Source: Myxococcota bacterium (GTDB lineage Bacteria; Myxococcota_A; UBA796; SXON01). From it: 64,000 bases of DNA. A program made the translations under genes and the position numbers. The notes under the pieces were generated by a model. That model searched no databases and was not told where the DNA came from. It saw only the letters and a list, made by a program, of their open reading frames with translations. Positions 9,372 through 19,225 of the stretch are shown here, one piece after another. The stretch's first letter is position 1; the number at the start of each line of letters is the position of its first letter. Where the stretch lies: contig JAZKFH010000019.1 in assembly GCA_040386535.1 (NCBI GenBank), positions 32,001 through 96,000 on the forward strand, given 5' to 3'.

Positions 9372-10044
9372 CAGGCCGCCTCGCCCGGACGCCGAGGCCG
9401 AGCTGGAAGGAGATCGCCCCGAGATCGCCGGGGGTGTAGTAGTGCGGGGTGAGCGACTCGCTCGACGCGTAGGGCGCGATCCACTCCAGCTGCGTCGTGA
9501 GGCGCACGGCCTCGCCGAGGCCCCACTGGTTGCCGACCGCGACGGTCCCGAGCCCATGCGCGCTCGGAAACGCCTGGAGCAAACCGCCGAGCGAGGTGTA
9601 GAGAGAGTGCCGCGCGTCCGGGCCCCAGTCCCACGACGCGGTGACGGTGGGCCGCGCGAAGAAGCGCACGCCGCCCTCCGCACCGTCAGGCCCGAGGTCT
9701 CCCCCGGCGCCGATCACCGTGAGGTCGCCCATCAGGCGCGGGCGCGCGTCCTTCTGCGCCAGGAACTGGGTGGACGCGCCCACGTCCGCCGCGAACACGC
9801 CGAACAACGCGACCCCCGTGGGGTGGACCGCCGCGTGCACGTTCGTCTTCTGGCTGACGCCCACCGTGGCGCCCACCGTCGTGAGCGGCAAGGGGATGGG
9901 CGCGCCGAACAGCTCGGTGATGGGCCCGCCCAGCGACGCGTCGATCACCACCGCGCCCTCGCCGATGGGGCGCACGCCGTGCACGGTGGAGCAGCCCGAG
10001 CCGAGGGCGACCCCGACGAACGAGGCAACGAGGAACCAGCGCAC
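9358..10044 (-). CDS. Putative outer-membrane beta-barrel lipoprotein
   Basis: GTG 10044 after GGAGG; LGSGC lipobox; alternating beta-strand pattern ending ISFQLGLGV. Confidence 0.6.
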   Translation of the reverse strand: MRWFLVASFVGVALGSGCSTVHGVRPIGEGAVVIDASLGGPITELFGAPIPLPLTTVGATVGVSQKTNVHAAVHPTGVALFGVFAADVGASTQFLAQKDARPRLMGDLTVIGAGGDLGPDGAEGGVRFFARPTVTASWDWGPDARHSLYTSLGGLLQAFPSAHGLGTVAVGNQWGLGEAVRLTTQLEWIAPYASSESLTPHYYTPGDLGAISFQLGLGVRARRPDDLR

Positions 10045-10103
10045 GCCAAACCTCCCGACGGCTCGCACTAGCGCAAGCGCGACCGACACGCTACACCGCT
10101 GGC

Positions 10104-10685
10104 GTGTCACAGGTGACCTTCGCCCCCCTGATCGCGCTCCTGGTGCGCCTGCTCGCGCGCTCCTGGCGGGTGGATCGGCCCGGTTGGCCCGTCGAGGGCC
10201 CCTGTGTCGTCGCGTTCCTCCACGGCGACCTGCTCCCGATGGTGGCGCTCCATCGCGATCGGGGGCTCGTGGGCCTAGCGAGCCGCTCGCGCGACGGCGC
10301 GCTCGTCGCGGCCGTGCTGGGGGCGCTCGGGTACCCGGTGATCCGCGGCTCTTCGTCGTCGGAGGGCGCGGCGGCGCTCCGCGCGGCGAAACACGTGATT
10401 ACCGTTGGCCAGAGCCCGGCGTTCGCGGTGGATGGTCCACGAGGCCCCGCCGGTGTCGTCAAGCCGGGCGCCGTGGCGCTCGCTCGGCGGGCCGGGGTTC
10501 CGGTGGTATACGGCGTCGCCGCCGCGCGGGGTGCTCGGCTGCACACCTGGGACCACTTCCTGGTCCCCTGGCCCTTCGCGCGCGTCCATGTCCGGTACGG
10601 CGTGTGGCGCGCGGGAGAGGGCACCTTGGAGGAAGGGATTTCTACGTTGCGCGAGTCCATGAAGCGAGAGGGGCTGTTCCAGTGA
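10104..10685 (+). CDS. DUF374 / lysophospholipid acyltransferase family protein
   Basis: AFLHG, SRSRDG, IRGSSS, VDGPRGP..VKPG, WDHF..PWPF motifs. Confidence 0.85.
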   Translation: MSQVTFAPLIALLVRLLARSWRVDRPGWPVEGPCVVAFLHGDLLPMVALHRDRGLVGLASRSRDGALVAAVLGALGYPVIRGSSSSEGAAALRAAKHVITVGQSPAFAVDGPRGPAGVVKPGAVALARRAGVPVVYGVAAARGARLHTWDHFLVPWPFARVHVRYGVWRAGEGTLEEGISTLRESMKREGLFQ

Positions 10686-11416
10686 CCACGACCGACGCGC
10701 GGGAGCGCTTCTCCGGGCTCGTGGGCGACTACGCCGCGGCCCGCCCGTCCTACCCGGACGCCCTCTTCGACTGGATCCTCGGCCGCGCCTCCGGCCGCCG
10801 CGTGGCCGACCTCGGGTGCGGCACCGGCATCGCCACCCGCCAGCTCGCGGCGCGCGGGGTGGATGTGATCGGCATCGATCCGAACCGCGCCATGCTCGCC
10901 GAGGCCCGGCGCACCGGCGGAAACTACGTCGAAGGGGAGGCGACCGCCACCGGGCTCGCCGCCGCCTCGATCGATCTCGTGACGGTCGCCCAGGCCATGC
11001 ATTGGTTCGATCTCGACCCGTCGCTGGCCGAGATCCGGCGCGTGCTCGCGCCCAAGGGTGTGGCGGTCGCGTTCTGGAACCTGCGCAGCGCCGGCCCGTT
11101 CATGGACAAGTACGACGCGATCCTCAAGACCCACGTGGCGCGCTACGTGCGGCGCCCCGGCGCGCCCACCCGGCTCACCGCCGTGCGTCGCCACCCCCGC
11201 GTCACTCGCGTGGAGGAGCGCGTCTTCCAGCACGACCAGGTGCTCGACCGCGCGGGGCTGCTCGCGCGCACCCGGTCCGCGTCCTACGTCGCCAAAGGCG
11301 TGTCCGACCCGGCGGCGCTCGAGCGGGCGCTCGTCGCGCTGTTCGACAAGCACGCGGAGCACGGGACCGTTTCGTTGCGCTACGACGTGCACGCCATCGC
11401 GTGGCAGCCGGTCTGA
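10682..11416 (+). CDS. Class I SAM-dependent methyltransferase
   Basis: GTG 10682 overlaps the upstream stop; YAAARPSYP, ADLGCGTG, AQAMHWF. Confidence 0.88.
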   Translation: MTTTDARERFSGLVGDYAAARPSYPDALFDWILGRASGRRVADLGCGTGIATRQLAARGVDVIGIDPNRAMLAEARRTGGNYVEGEATATGLAAASIDLVTVAQAMHWFDLDPSLAEIRRVLAPKGVAVAFWNLRSAGPFMDKYDAILKTHVARYVRRPGAPTRLTAVRRHPRVTRVEERVFQHDQVLDRAGLLARTRSASYVAKGVSDPAALERALVALFDKHAEHGTVSLRYDVHAIAWQPV

Positions 11417-11432
11417 TCGAGCCGCGGGCGGC

Positions 11433-11936
11433 TCACCAGGTCCCTGAGTAGCCCTCACACGTGCCGTTCTCGCACGTGAAGAAGTAAGGGAACCACTTGG
11501 CCGGCACGTCCGCCCAGTGCACGGCCTTGGCGCCGGTGCCGGCGAGCGCCGCCGCGTGCACGAGGACCACGCCGTTCGCCGTCATGGCGGCCTGCGACTC
11601 GGCGGCCTGCTCGGCTGTCATCTGCTCGAGGGTGACGGCGCCCTGGAGGTACCGCTCGCCTTCCTCGGCGAGGAAGTAGACGTCCGGCGTCGCCGCGGCG
11701 AGCTTCGGATCGGCCGCGCGCGCGGCGAGGAGCTGCTTGCAAGTGGGGCACCACGACGCCACCACGACCCCCTCGAAGCGCCCCGACGTGTCCTTCGCCT
11801 GCCACTCAAGGCGGCCCGGGGCGCCCTCCGTGGTCACCGGCGTGCCGACCTGGATGCTCGCGGGCACCTTGAACTCGTCGGCGTAGCCGGACTGCTTGGT
11901 GATGGGGCCGCAGGCGAGGAGGGCGAAGAACAGCAT
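11433..11936 (-). CDS. Lipoprotein with thioredoxin-like WCPTC motif
   Basis: MLFFALLAC lipobox; ASWCPTC; late cis-Pro-like WFP. Confidence 0.65.
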   Translation of the reverse strand: MLFFALLACGPITKQSGYADEFKVPASIQVGTPVTTEGAPGRLEWQAKDTSGRFEGVVVASWCPTCKQLLAARAADPKLAAATPDVYFLAEEGERYLQGAVTLEQMTAEQAAESQAAMTANGVVLVHAAALAGTGAKAVHWADVPAKWFPYFFTCENGTCEGYSGTW

Positions 11937-11973
11937 CGGAGGCCTCTATCGCGGGGTGGGCGGCGGAGCGGCG

Positions 11974-12022
11974 CTGATACATCTGATACATGTATCGCCG
12001 CTGATACATGTGTCAGATGTGT
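11974..12022. repeat. CTGATACAT-type dispersed repeat, intergenic copy
   Basis: ctgatacat x3 (11974, 11983, 12001) with partial palindromes; homologous in inverted orientation to 6298-6364. Confidence 0.75.
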
Positions 12023-12026
12023 TGAT

Positions 12027-12986
12027 TCAGGACGGGTCCACGATCGTGAGGAACAACGGCGCGGGGTTGGGGCACGTGCCGCAGGTCAGGGCCACGGCCC
12101 ACACACCTTCGCCCGTGAAGCCGGGGAAGGGGTCCGAGGGCCCGGAGAGCGCGCCGAGGTCGGCGGTGGAGCCGCCGGTGAGCGTGTAGCGCCAAGTCTC
12201 CGCGGCGAGGGACTCGAGATCGAGGAAGTTCTCCTGGAGCTCCTCCACCGTCAGCTCGAAGCGCGCGACCATCAGCCCGTCCACGCGGGTGGGCTCGAAG
12301 GCGCCGCCGTGGCCGTCCCGGGTGAGAGCGGACCAGTCGAGTTGCCACGGACCGGCCGCGAGCACGGGCACGTGCGACATCGACCCGAGGTCCGCCGAGA
12401 AGTCGAGCACGGGGCACCCGTCCGTCACGGCGGCCTGGACCGCGGTTTCGCCCGAGGTGGGGCGCAGGAACGCGAACATCCGCGCGCCCACCGCGATCTC
12501 GGTGCCGGTGGTCAGGAGCACCGCCCACGTGCCGCTGCCCTCGACGAACCGGCCCTCGATCTCCGCGTCCGTGCCGAAGAAGCTCATCTGGGAGAGGCGG
12601 ACGTTCGTGTCGTCTCCCGGCTCGTGCGAGAGGTAGACGGCGAGGTCGGCCTGGCTGAGGTTGTCGTCGGACAGGCCCTGCTCGACCTCGAGCTCGGTGA
12701 GGTACGGAAAGACGAGGAGCGAGGTGTTGTCGATGTCGGCGACCGGATCGAGCGCGTTGCAGCGCAGATCCGTCACCAGCCCCGACCAGTCGAGCACGGC
12801 GTCCGCGCCCTCGGCGATGGGGAAGGAGGGGGCGTCCAGCACGCCCTCGTAGCTGTAGTTGTCGGCGTCCGTGAGGGGAACGCTGCCGTCGGCCGCGGGC
12901 CCGGTGTCGGTGTCCGGGACGCCGGTCTCGTCCGGGGCGTCCTTGTCCGTGGTCACGCAGCCGACCAGCAGGAGGAGCAGCCCCAT
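12027..12986 (-). CDS. Hypothetical lipoprotein (acidic, Cys-containing)
   Basis: ATG 12986 overlaps the upstream stop; MGLLLLLVGC; C-terminal CGTCPNPAP. Confidence 0.75.
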   Translation of the reverse strand: MGLLLLLVGCVTTDKDAPDETGVPDTDTGPAADGSVPLTDADNYSYEGVLDAPSFPIAEGADAVLDWSGLVTDLRCNALDPVADIDNTSLLVFPYLTELEVEQGLSDDNLSQADLAVYLSHEPGDDTNVRLSQMSFFGTDAEIEGRFVEGSGTWAVLLTTGTEIAVGARMFAFLRPTSGETAVQAAVTDGCPVLDFSADLGSMSHVPVLAAGPWQLDWSALTRDGHGGAFEPTRVDGLMVARFELTVEELQENFLDLESLAAETWRYTLTGGSTADLGALSGPSDPFPGFTGEGVWAVALTCGTCPNPAPLFLTIVDPS

Positions 12987-14398
12987 CAGCGGGTGCCGTA
13001 CATGGAGTCGATCACCTGGACGAAGGTGATCGCCTGCCCGAGGTCGAGGTCGAGCTGCCACGTGACCTCGCCTTCGGGGCTCACGTTCTGGATCTGTCCG
13101 GAGCTCGACCAGACGACCTGGGTGGTGCCGTCCTCGAAGCGATGCACGTCGCCCTTGGCGAACACGTAGAGCCAGGGGTCCGAGATGTAGCTCCAGATCT
13201 CGTGCGCGGTCCGAGTCTCCTCGTCGTACTCGATCTCGACCGCGCGGGAGTAGCCGCGGTCGAACGGCCCGTTCTCGAAGAACAGGATCGTCCCGTCGAG
13301 CACCTCGAACTGGTGGTGCGTCTGGATGTAGGGCTCGCCGGCGAAGTCGAACTCGTTGAGCAGCCCGTTCATCGTCCAGAGCACCTCGCCCGTGGCGCGG
13401 TCGATCTTGGCGAGGCTGCCGAGTGACTTCATGGAGAAGTAGTAGGCGTCGTCGACCGGGTCGTAGTCGAGGGCGTTGCCGTGGGTCCAGTTGGCCTCGC
13501 GCTGCTCCACGCCGACCGTGGCGGGATCCCAGTGGTCCCAGGCGTTGAACACCTCTCGCGTCGTGCCGTCAGGCGCGAGCTCCACGATGGTGTCGGCCGA
13601 CCGGCCCTCGCGCGACTCCACCACGATCGCGGCGATCGAGCCGTCGGGCAGCGGGGCCATGTCGTGATCGATGTACGGGAAGGGGGTCTCGACGACCGTG
13701 CCGCCGTCGAGCGAGACCCGCACGACCTTGCCGGTCGCGAGGGCGTCCTGCGGGCCGGCGAGGCAGTAGACCACGGACGAACCGTCGGCACTCATGAACG
13801 CCCGCATCAGGTTCCCCACCTCCTCCACGAAGTGGTACCAGACGTACTTGCCGGCCGCGTCCACGATGACGACGGCGAAGGTCGTGCCCTGCAACGGGAT
13901 GACCTGGAACCCGCCGTCCCACGCCGCCGAGGTGCCGGTCGCGCGGGTGGGGAAGAGCCCGGAAGGGAGGCTCTCGGTCATGATGGTGAGGTCCTCGGTG
14001 ACGGCGCGGCCGCTCGCCTCGTCGGTCACCACCCGAAAGTGCACCTCGGTGTCGGCGGTCATCCCGAGGAGGAGCACCTCGTGCTCGGTCCCCATCGTCG
14101 TGACCGGCGTGACGCTCCCATACGCGGCGGTTGTGCCGAACTCGACGGTGCCCGTGGTGGGCGTGTCGGTGTGCCAGCGCACGATCACCACGGTGGACAC
14201 GTAGTCGGAGATGACGGCCACGACGTCCGAGGGGACCGTCGCGGGGTCGAGCGTGTCGGTGTCCGTATCGGTGGTGTCGGTGTCGGCCGTGTCGTCAGTC
14301 GCGACGGCGGTGTCGTCGATCCCGGTCCCGTCCGTCTTGTCGTCGGGGGTGACGGGGTTCTGGGTGCAGGCGAGGAGCAGCGCGGGGAGGAGCATCAT
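12986..14398 (-). CDS. Aryl-sulfate sulfotransferase (ASST)-like lipoprotein with FN3-like N-domain
   Basis: LLLAC lipobox, DT-rich linker, IDHD, WTHGNAL, QTHH, FENG, GDVHR motifs. Confidence 0.8.
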   Translation of the reverse strand: MMLLPALLLACTQNPVTPDDKTDGTGIDDTAVATDDTADTDTTDTDTDTLDPATVPSDVVAVISDYVSTVVIVRWHTDTPTTGTVEFGTTAAYGSVTPVTTMGTEHEVLLLGMTADTEVHFRVVTDEASGRAVTEDLTIMTESLPSGLFPTRATGTSAAWDGGFQVIPLQGTTFAVVIVDAAGKYVWYHFVEEVGNLMRAFMSADGSSVVYCLAGPQDALATGKVVRVSLDGGTVVETPFPYIDHDMAPLPDGSIAAIVVESREGRSADTIVELAPDGTTREVFNAWDHWDPATVGVEQREANWTHGNALDYDPVDDAYYFSMKSLGSLAKIDRATGEVLWTMNGLLNEFDFAGEPYIQTHHQFEVLDGTILFFENGPFDRGYSRAVEIEYDEETRTAHEIWSYISDPWLYVFAKGDVHRFEDGTTQVVWSSSGQIQNVSPEGEVTWQLDLDLGQAITFVQVIDSMYGTR

Positions 14399-14430
14399 GC
14401 CCAAGCATACGACGGAATCGGGTGCCTGGA

Positions 14431-15339
14431 TCAGGCCTGTACCCCCGGCGGGGGCTCGTCGTCGGGGGCCCCCTCCGCGTCGACGTGGACGAGCACCTCG
14501 AGCCCGGGGAGCGCCGCGGCCACGGCGTGCTCGATCTCGTGGGTGAGCGCGTGGGCGTCGATGAGGAGCATGTCGTCGGGGAGGACGAGGTGGAACTGGA
14601 CGAACCGGGAGGGGCCGGCGCGGCGGGTGCGCAGGTCGTGCCAGCCGCGGATGCGGGGAAGGAACCCGTCGAGCACGGCCGCGACCACGACGCGTTCGTC
14701 GTCAGGGAGGGGGCTGTCCATCAGCTCGCGCACGGCGTCGCGGAGGAGGCCCTCCACGTCCTTCGCCATCAGGGCGCACACGAGCAGTGACGCGATCGCG
14801 TCGGCGCGGCCCTCGCCGGTGAGCAGCGTGACGAGCAGGCCCGCGAGCACGGCGGCGCCGGTGTACAGGTCCATCCGGTAGTGCACCGCGTCGCCGCGCA
14901 GGACGAGCGACCCGGTGCGGTCCGCCGCGCGGGCGAGGAACGTGCTGATGCCGAACGAGCCGGCCATCGAGACCACCATCGCGGCGATGGCGGGGCCGGC
15001 GGCGACCGGCGGATGGGTGGCCGACACGAGCTGGTCGACCGCGTGCCAGCCGATGCCGACGACGAGCCCGCCGAGCACGAGGGCCTGGGCGAGGGTCGCG
15101 AGGGCCTCGGCCTTGCCGTGACCGTAGTGGTGATCCGCGTCCGCCGGCCGGGCCGCGTGACGCATCATCAGCAGGTTCATGCCGGACACGCCGGCGTCGG
15201 CGAGCGAGTCCGCCGCGGAGGCGAGGACCGCCGCGGAGCCGGTTCCGACCCCGGCGGCGAGCTTGACCGAGCCGAGGACCAGGGTCGCCAGGATCGCGAC
15301 GGCGAGCGGGTTGCGGGGCGCGCCCGCGCCCTCAGTCAC
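14431..15339 (-). CDS. Cation diffusion facilitator family transporter (FieF-like)
   Basis: SAADSLAD, ADADHHYGHGKAE, DAVHYRMD, HDLRTRRAG, VHVD. Confidence 0.9.
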   Translation of the reverse strand: MTEGAGAPRNPLAVAILATLVLGSVKLAAGVGTGSAAVLASAADSLADAGVSGMNLLMMRHAARPADADHHYGHGKAEALATLAQALVLGGLVVGIGWHAVDQLVSATHPPVAAGPAIAAMVVSMAGSFGISTFLARAADRTGSLVLRGDAVHYRMDLYTGAAVLAGLLVTLLTGEGRADAIASLLVCALMAKDVEGLLRDAVRELMDSPLPDDERVVVAAVLDGFLPRIRGWHDLRTRRAGPSRFVQFHLVLPDDMLLIDAHALTHEIEHAVAAALPGLEVLVHVDAEGAPDDEPPPGVQA

Positions 15340-17842
15340 CGACGAACACGCGCTGGACCCGGCGGCTCTCGACCTTGACGAGCAGCTCGTAGGGGGAGGT
15401 GCCGGCCGTCGCGGCGACCGCCTCGGGGCGGAGCACCTGCCCGTCGTGCGCGCCGAAGATCAACACCTCGTCGCCCACGCCCGCGTCGGGCACGCCAGAC
15501 AGATCGATCGCCATCGAGTCCATCGAGACCCGCCCGACGATGCGCGCCGCCTTGCCGTTCACCCTCACCTCGCCCGCGTTGGAGAGGCGCCACGGCACGC
15601 CGTCGTGGTAGCCGGCCTCGACGATGCCGACGCGGAGCTCGTCGCTCTCCACGATGAACGTGCCGTTGTAGCCGACGCGCTGGCCGCGCACGTAGGTCGC
15701 GACCTGCGCGATCCGGCTCACGAAGGCCACGGCCAGCTGCAGCTCGACGGCGTCCGCCACGGCGGGCGAGGGGTAGATGCCGTAGAGGCCCAGGCCGAGC
15801 CGCACGAGATCGTGGCGGGACGACGGGAATCGCGCGGCGCCGGACGTGGCGGCGGCGTGGATGACGAGCGGCTCGGTCCCCTCGGCACGGATGGCGGCGA
15901 CCACCTCGTCGAAGCCGGCGAGCTGGTCGCGGGTGTAGTCGTCCGCGGTGGGGTCGTCCGCGGAGGAGAGGTGGGTCATCACGCCGGTGAGCCGCAACAC
16001 GCCCGATGCGCGCACGAACCGCGCCGCGGTGAGCGCCTCCGCCGGGCTGACGCCGAGGCGGCCCATGCCGGTGTCGATCTCGAGGTGAACGTCACACGTG
16101 GTGCCCATCGTGCGCATCGCCTCGGCCAGGGAGCGGGCGAGCGCCATGGAATACACGACGGGGGTGAGGCGGTAGCGCACCACCTTGTCGACCTCCTCCA
16201 GGTCGAGGAGCGTCACCAGGATGGGCAGGTGCACGCCGGCGCGGCGGGCGAACGCGCCCTCGTCGGCGGCCGACACGCCGATCCAGTCCACGCCGCTCTC
16301 CTGGAGCGCCGAGGCCACGCGCGCGAGCTCGGTGCCGTACGCCCACGCCTTGAGCATCGCGAGGATGGCGACAGAGGGCCCGCAGAGCTCGCGGAACCGC
16401 GCGATGTTCTCGCGGATCGCCCCGAGATCGACGAGCAGCCGCCGGGGCGACATCGACTCCCAGATCTCCCGGGCCGCGGCGGCGAGGCCCTCGTTGCGCG
16501 GCCCCTTGACCAGGAGCGTGTCGCCGGCCTGCGCGAGGGGACGGATGACCTCGCGGATGGCGTGGACACTCTCGACCTCGATGACCGGGGCGTCGGGTGA
16601 GACGGCTCGCCACGCCGCCGCCGTGTGTCGGAGGGACGCATGCGGCAGCAGCACGAGGTGGGTGAACCCCTTCTGCGCCGCGAGTCGGCCGATGAGCGCG
16701 TGCTCCTGGGCGTCGCGCTCGCCGAGCTCGTGCATGCCCCCGAACACGAAGATGCGCCGCCCGCGGGCCTCGGGGCTGGACGCCACGGTCTCGAGCGCGG
16801 CTTGCACCGAGAGGGGATCGGCGCTGGCCGCGTCGTTCACGATGGTGATGCCGTCGGGTGTGCGCCAGGTCTCCATGCGGGTCGGCCCGAAGGAGTAGTC
16901 GTGGAGCACGGACGCGATCTCGGAGGGCGTGACGTCGAAGCGGTGCGCCACGATCATGGCGAGGAGCAGATCGTGGATGAGCGGCGCGCTGCGGGTGCGC
17001 ACGGGGAGGTAGATTCGCGCCTCGTCGAACGCGAGGACCAGGAGTGTTCCGGTCGCCGTGTTTCGCCGCTCGATGATGCGCGGGGCGCCGTCGAAGGGGC
17101 GCAGTTGGGTGCAGGTGAGCAGGGACGTGTCCACGATCGGATCGTCGGGGAGCAGCACCCAGCCCTCGGCCGGCACCCCATGGAACAGGCGCACCTTCTC
17201 CCGCGCGATGCGCTCGCGCGCGCCGAACCGCGCGATGTGGGCGACGCCGATGTTGGTGAGCACCCCGAAGTCGGGCCGGAGGATGCCCGCGATGGCGTCC
17301 ATCTCGCCGGGCTCGGAGACGCCGGCCTCGAAGACGCCGATCTGGGTGCCGGCGGGCGCCGCGAGCACCGCCAAGGGCACGCCGATCTGGCTGTTCCAGC
17401 TGCCGGGGCTGGCGGCCACGCGGTAGCGCGTCGCGAGCAGCGCGGTGAGCGCGTCCTTCACGACCGTTTTTCCGTTGCTCCCCGTGATGGCGACGACCCG
17501 CCCGATGGCCCGGCCGCGGTGCCACGCGGCGAGGCGCTGGAGCGCGGTCAGCGGCGACTCGACCTCGATGCGGAGCGGATCCCCGACGGGCGGCACCCAC
17601 CCGCGCGTGACGACCGCCACCGCGGCGCCGGCGGCCATCGCGTCGGTGACGAAGCCGTGCCCGTCGGCGTGGCGGCCGCCGAGCGCGAAGAAGGCCTCGC
17701 CGGGGTGGACGCGGCGAGAGTCGATGGCGACGCCGCGCACGAGCTCGCGCGTGGCGTCCCTGCCACCGTCCTCACGCGCCGCGTGGCCACGCAGCGTTCC
17801 CCCGACGACGACGGCCAGCGCGGAGGGATCGGGGAGGGACAC
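15332..17842 (-). CDS. alr: Bifunctional MurF-like ligase / alanine racemase fusion
   Basis: Mur ligase: IDSR, ITGSNGKT, SWNSQIGVP, LVKG. Alr: MLKAWAYG (PLP Lys), DTGMGRLG, MTHLSSAD, VGYNG, GRVSMD. Confidence 0.9.
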   Translation of the reverse strand: MSLPDPSALAVVVGGTLRGHAAREDGGRDATRELVRGVAIDSRRVHPGEAFFALGGRHADGHGFVTDAMAAGAAVAVVTRGWVPPVGDPLRIEVESPLTALQRLAAWHRGRAIGRVVAITGSNGKTVVKDALTALLATRYRVAASPGSWNSQIGVPLAVLAAPAGTQIGVFEAGVSEPGEMDAIAGILRPDFGVLTNIGVAHIARFGARERIAREKVRLFHGVPAEGWVLLPDDPIVDTSLLTCTQLRPFDGAPRIIERRNTATGTLLVLAFDEARIYLPVRTRSAPLIHDLLLAMIVAHRFDVTPSEIASVLHDYSFGPTRMETWRTPDGITIVNDAASADPLSVQAALETVASSPEARGRRIFVFGGMHELGERDAQEHALIGRLAAQKGFTHLVLLPHASLRHTAAAWRAVSPDAPVIEVESVHAIREVIRPLAQAGDTLLVKGPRNEGLAAAAREIWESMSPRRLLVDLGAIRENIARFRELCGPSVAILAMLKAWAYGTELARVASALQESGVDWIGVSAADEGAFARRAGVHLPILVTLLDLEEVDKVVRYRLTPVVYSMALARSLAEAMRTMGTTCDVHLEIDTGMGRLGVSPAEALTAARFVRASGVLRLTGVMTHLSSADDPTADDYTRDQLAGFDEVVAAIRAEGTEPLVIHAAATSGAARFPSSRHDLVRLGLGLYGIYPSPAVADAVELQLAVAFVSRIAQVATYVRGQRVGYNGTFIVESDELRVGIVEAGYHDGVPWRLSNAGEVRVNGKAARIVGRVSMDSMAIDLSGVPDAGVGDEVLIFGAHDGQVLRPEAVAATAGTSPYELLVKVESRRVQRVFVGD

Positions 17843-17883
17843 GGGGCACCGGGGGACCGCCCCGCCTTAACGGCCTCGGTCCC

Positions 17884-19197
17884 TCACGGGGGCGTCGAAC
17901 CCACCGGCCGCGGCTCCGTGGCGACCGCCAGCGCCGCCTCTACCCGCTCGGCCAGGAGGCGCCGCTGCTCCGCCACGGCGTCCGCGATGGACTGGCGCGT
18001 GAGGGTGAGCCAGTGCGCCCTGAGCATCTCGCGGCGCAGATCGTAGCGCTCGCCCCACCGCAGCGCGACGAACCCGGAGAGTGGCCCCGCCACGAGCATT
18101 CCGAAGCCGGCCAGGGGCCCGAACGCAATCGCGGTCGCGATGGCCCAGCCCATCCAGGTGAGCGTGAGGATCAACAGGCCGAGCATCAGCTTGAGCGTGC
18201 CGACGATGTCCGCGTGGCCCCCGGAGAACCGCAGCGCGAGCGGCTTGACGAGGCGGTACGGCACCCACGCCAGCACCGCGCCGACGAGGGCCACGGGCGC
18301 GAGCAGGATCAACGGGAGCAGCGCGAGGAGCGGGGACGGGGCGAGCCCGGCGCGTCGGGCTTCGAGGGCGAACGGATCCGACACGCCGACGGCGTCGAGC
18401 AGGCGCACGAAGTGGCGCGTGGCGTCGACTACCTCTACGACCCGCTCGGGCTCGCGCTCGTCGAGGGCGCGGTACGCGGCGGCGAGCGTGCGCGCGCGCT
18501 GATCGAGCGCCACCATGTCACGCCCGCCGTCGGCGCTGGTCCACGCCGCCACCGCGACGAGGCCCCGCCAGATCTCGCGGTTGTCCGCCTCGAGCATCAC
18601 CGCGGAGAGCCCGTCGCTGATGCGCGCGGTCAGCGCCCGCACGGCGTCGGGGCTCGGCTCCACGTCGTCCGGGATTGGGGTGACCTCGATGGGCGCGCCG
18701 AAGGTCAGCGCGACACGGGTGCGGAACACCCCCTTGTCCTCGTAGAGCATGCCGACCGGCACCACGCGCAGGCCCGGCGCGCGGCTCTGGAGCGCGATGC
18801 GCGCGGCGCCGGTCTTGAGGGGCTGGAGCTCCGGCTCGTCGTGGCTGATCCCCTCGGGGAACAAGGCGAGCCACCCCTTCGCGCCGAGGAGGCTCCGCGC
18901 CTTCGTGAACGTCGCGTCGTTCTTGGCGGTGTCGGCCTCCTTCGCGCGGTACACGGGGATGGCCGAGAACGCCTGGAGGATCTGGCGCGCGATCGGATTG
19001 GAGAAGAGCGTGCTCTTCGCCAGGAACGCGACGGGGCGGCCCACGCCGATGCAGAGCACGAGCGGATCGAGGAGCCCGTTGGGGTGGTTCGCCACGAGGA
19101 TGACCGGGCCTTCGGCCGGGGGCGCGCCCGAGACGGCGATCTCCCGGTAGTAGAGGCGGATGAGGGCGAGCCAGGCGGCGCGGAGGAGGGGATTCAT
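17884..19197 (-). CDS. Glycerol-phosphate/lysophospholipid acyltransferase (PlsC-like) with C-terminal TM helices
   Basis: NHPNGLLD, FLAKSTLF, FPEG, KTGAARIA. Confidence 0.88.
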   Translation of the reverse strand: MNPLLRAAWLALIRLYYREIAVSGAPPAEGPVILVANHPNGLLDPLVLCIGVGRPVAFLAKSTLFSNPIARQILQAFSAIPVYRAKEADTAKNDATFTKARSLLGAKGWLALFPEGISHDEPELQPLKTGAARIALQSRAPGLRVVPVGMLYEDKGVFRTRVALTFGAPIEVTPIPDDVEPSPDAVRALTARISDGLSAVMLEADNREIWRGLVAVAAWTSADGGRDMVALDQRARTLAAAYRALDEREPERVVEVVDATRHFVRLLDAVGVSDPFALEARRAGLAPSPLLALLPLILLAPVALVGAVLAWVPYRLVKPLALRFSGGHADIVGTLKLMLGLLILTLTWMGWAIATAIAFGPLAGFGMLVAGPLSGFVALRWGERYDLRREMLRAHWLTLTRQSIADAVAEQRRLLAERVEAALAVATEPRPVGSTPP

Positions 19198-19225
19198 GGG
19201 GACGGGGAGTGTACGCCGCCGTCGG

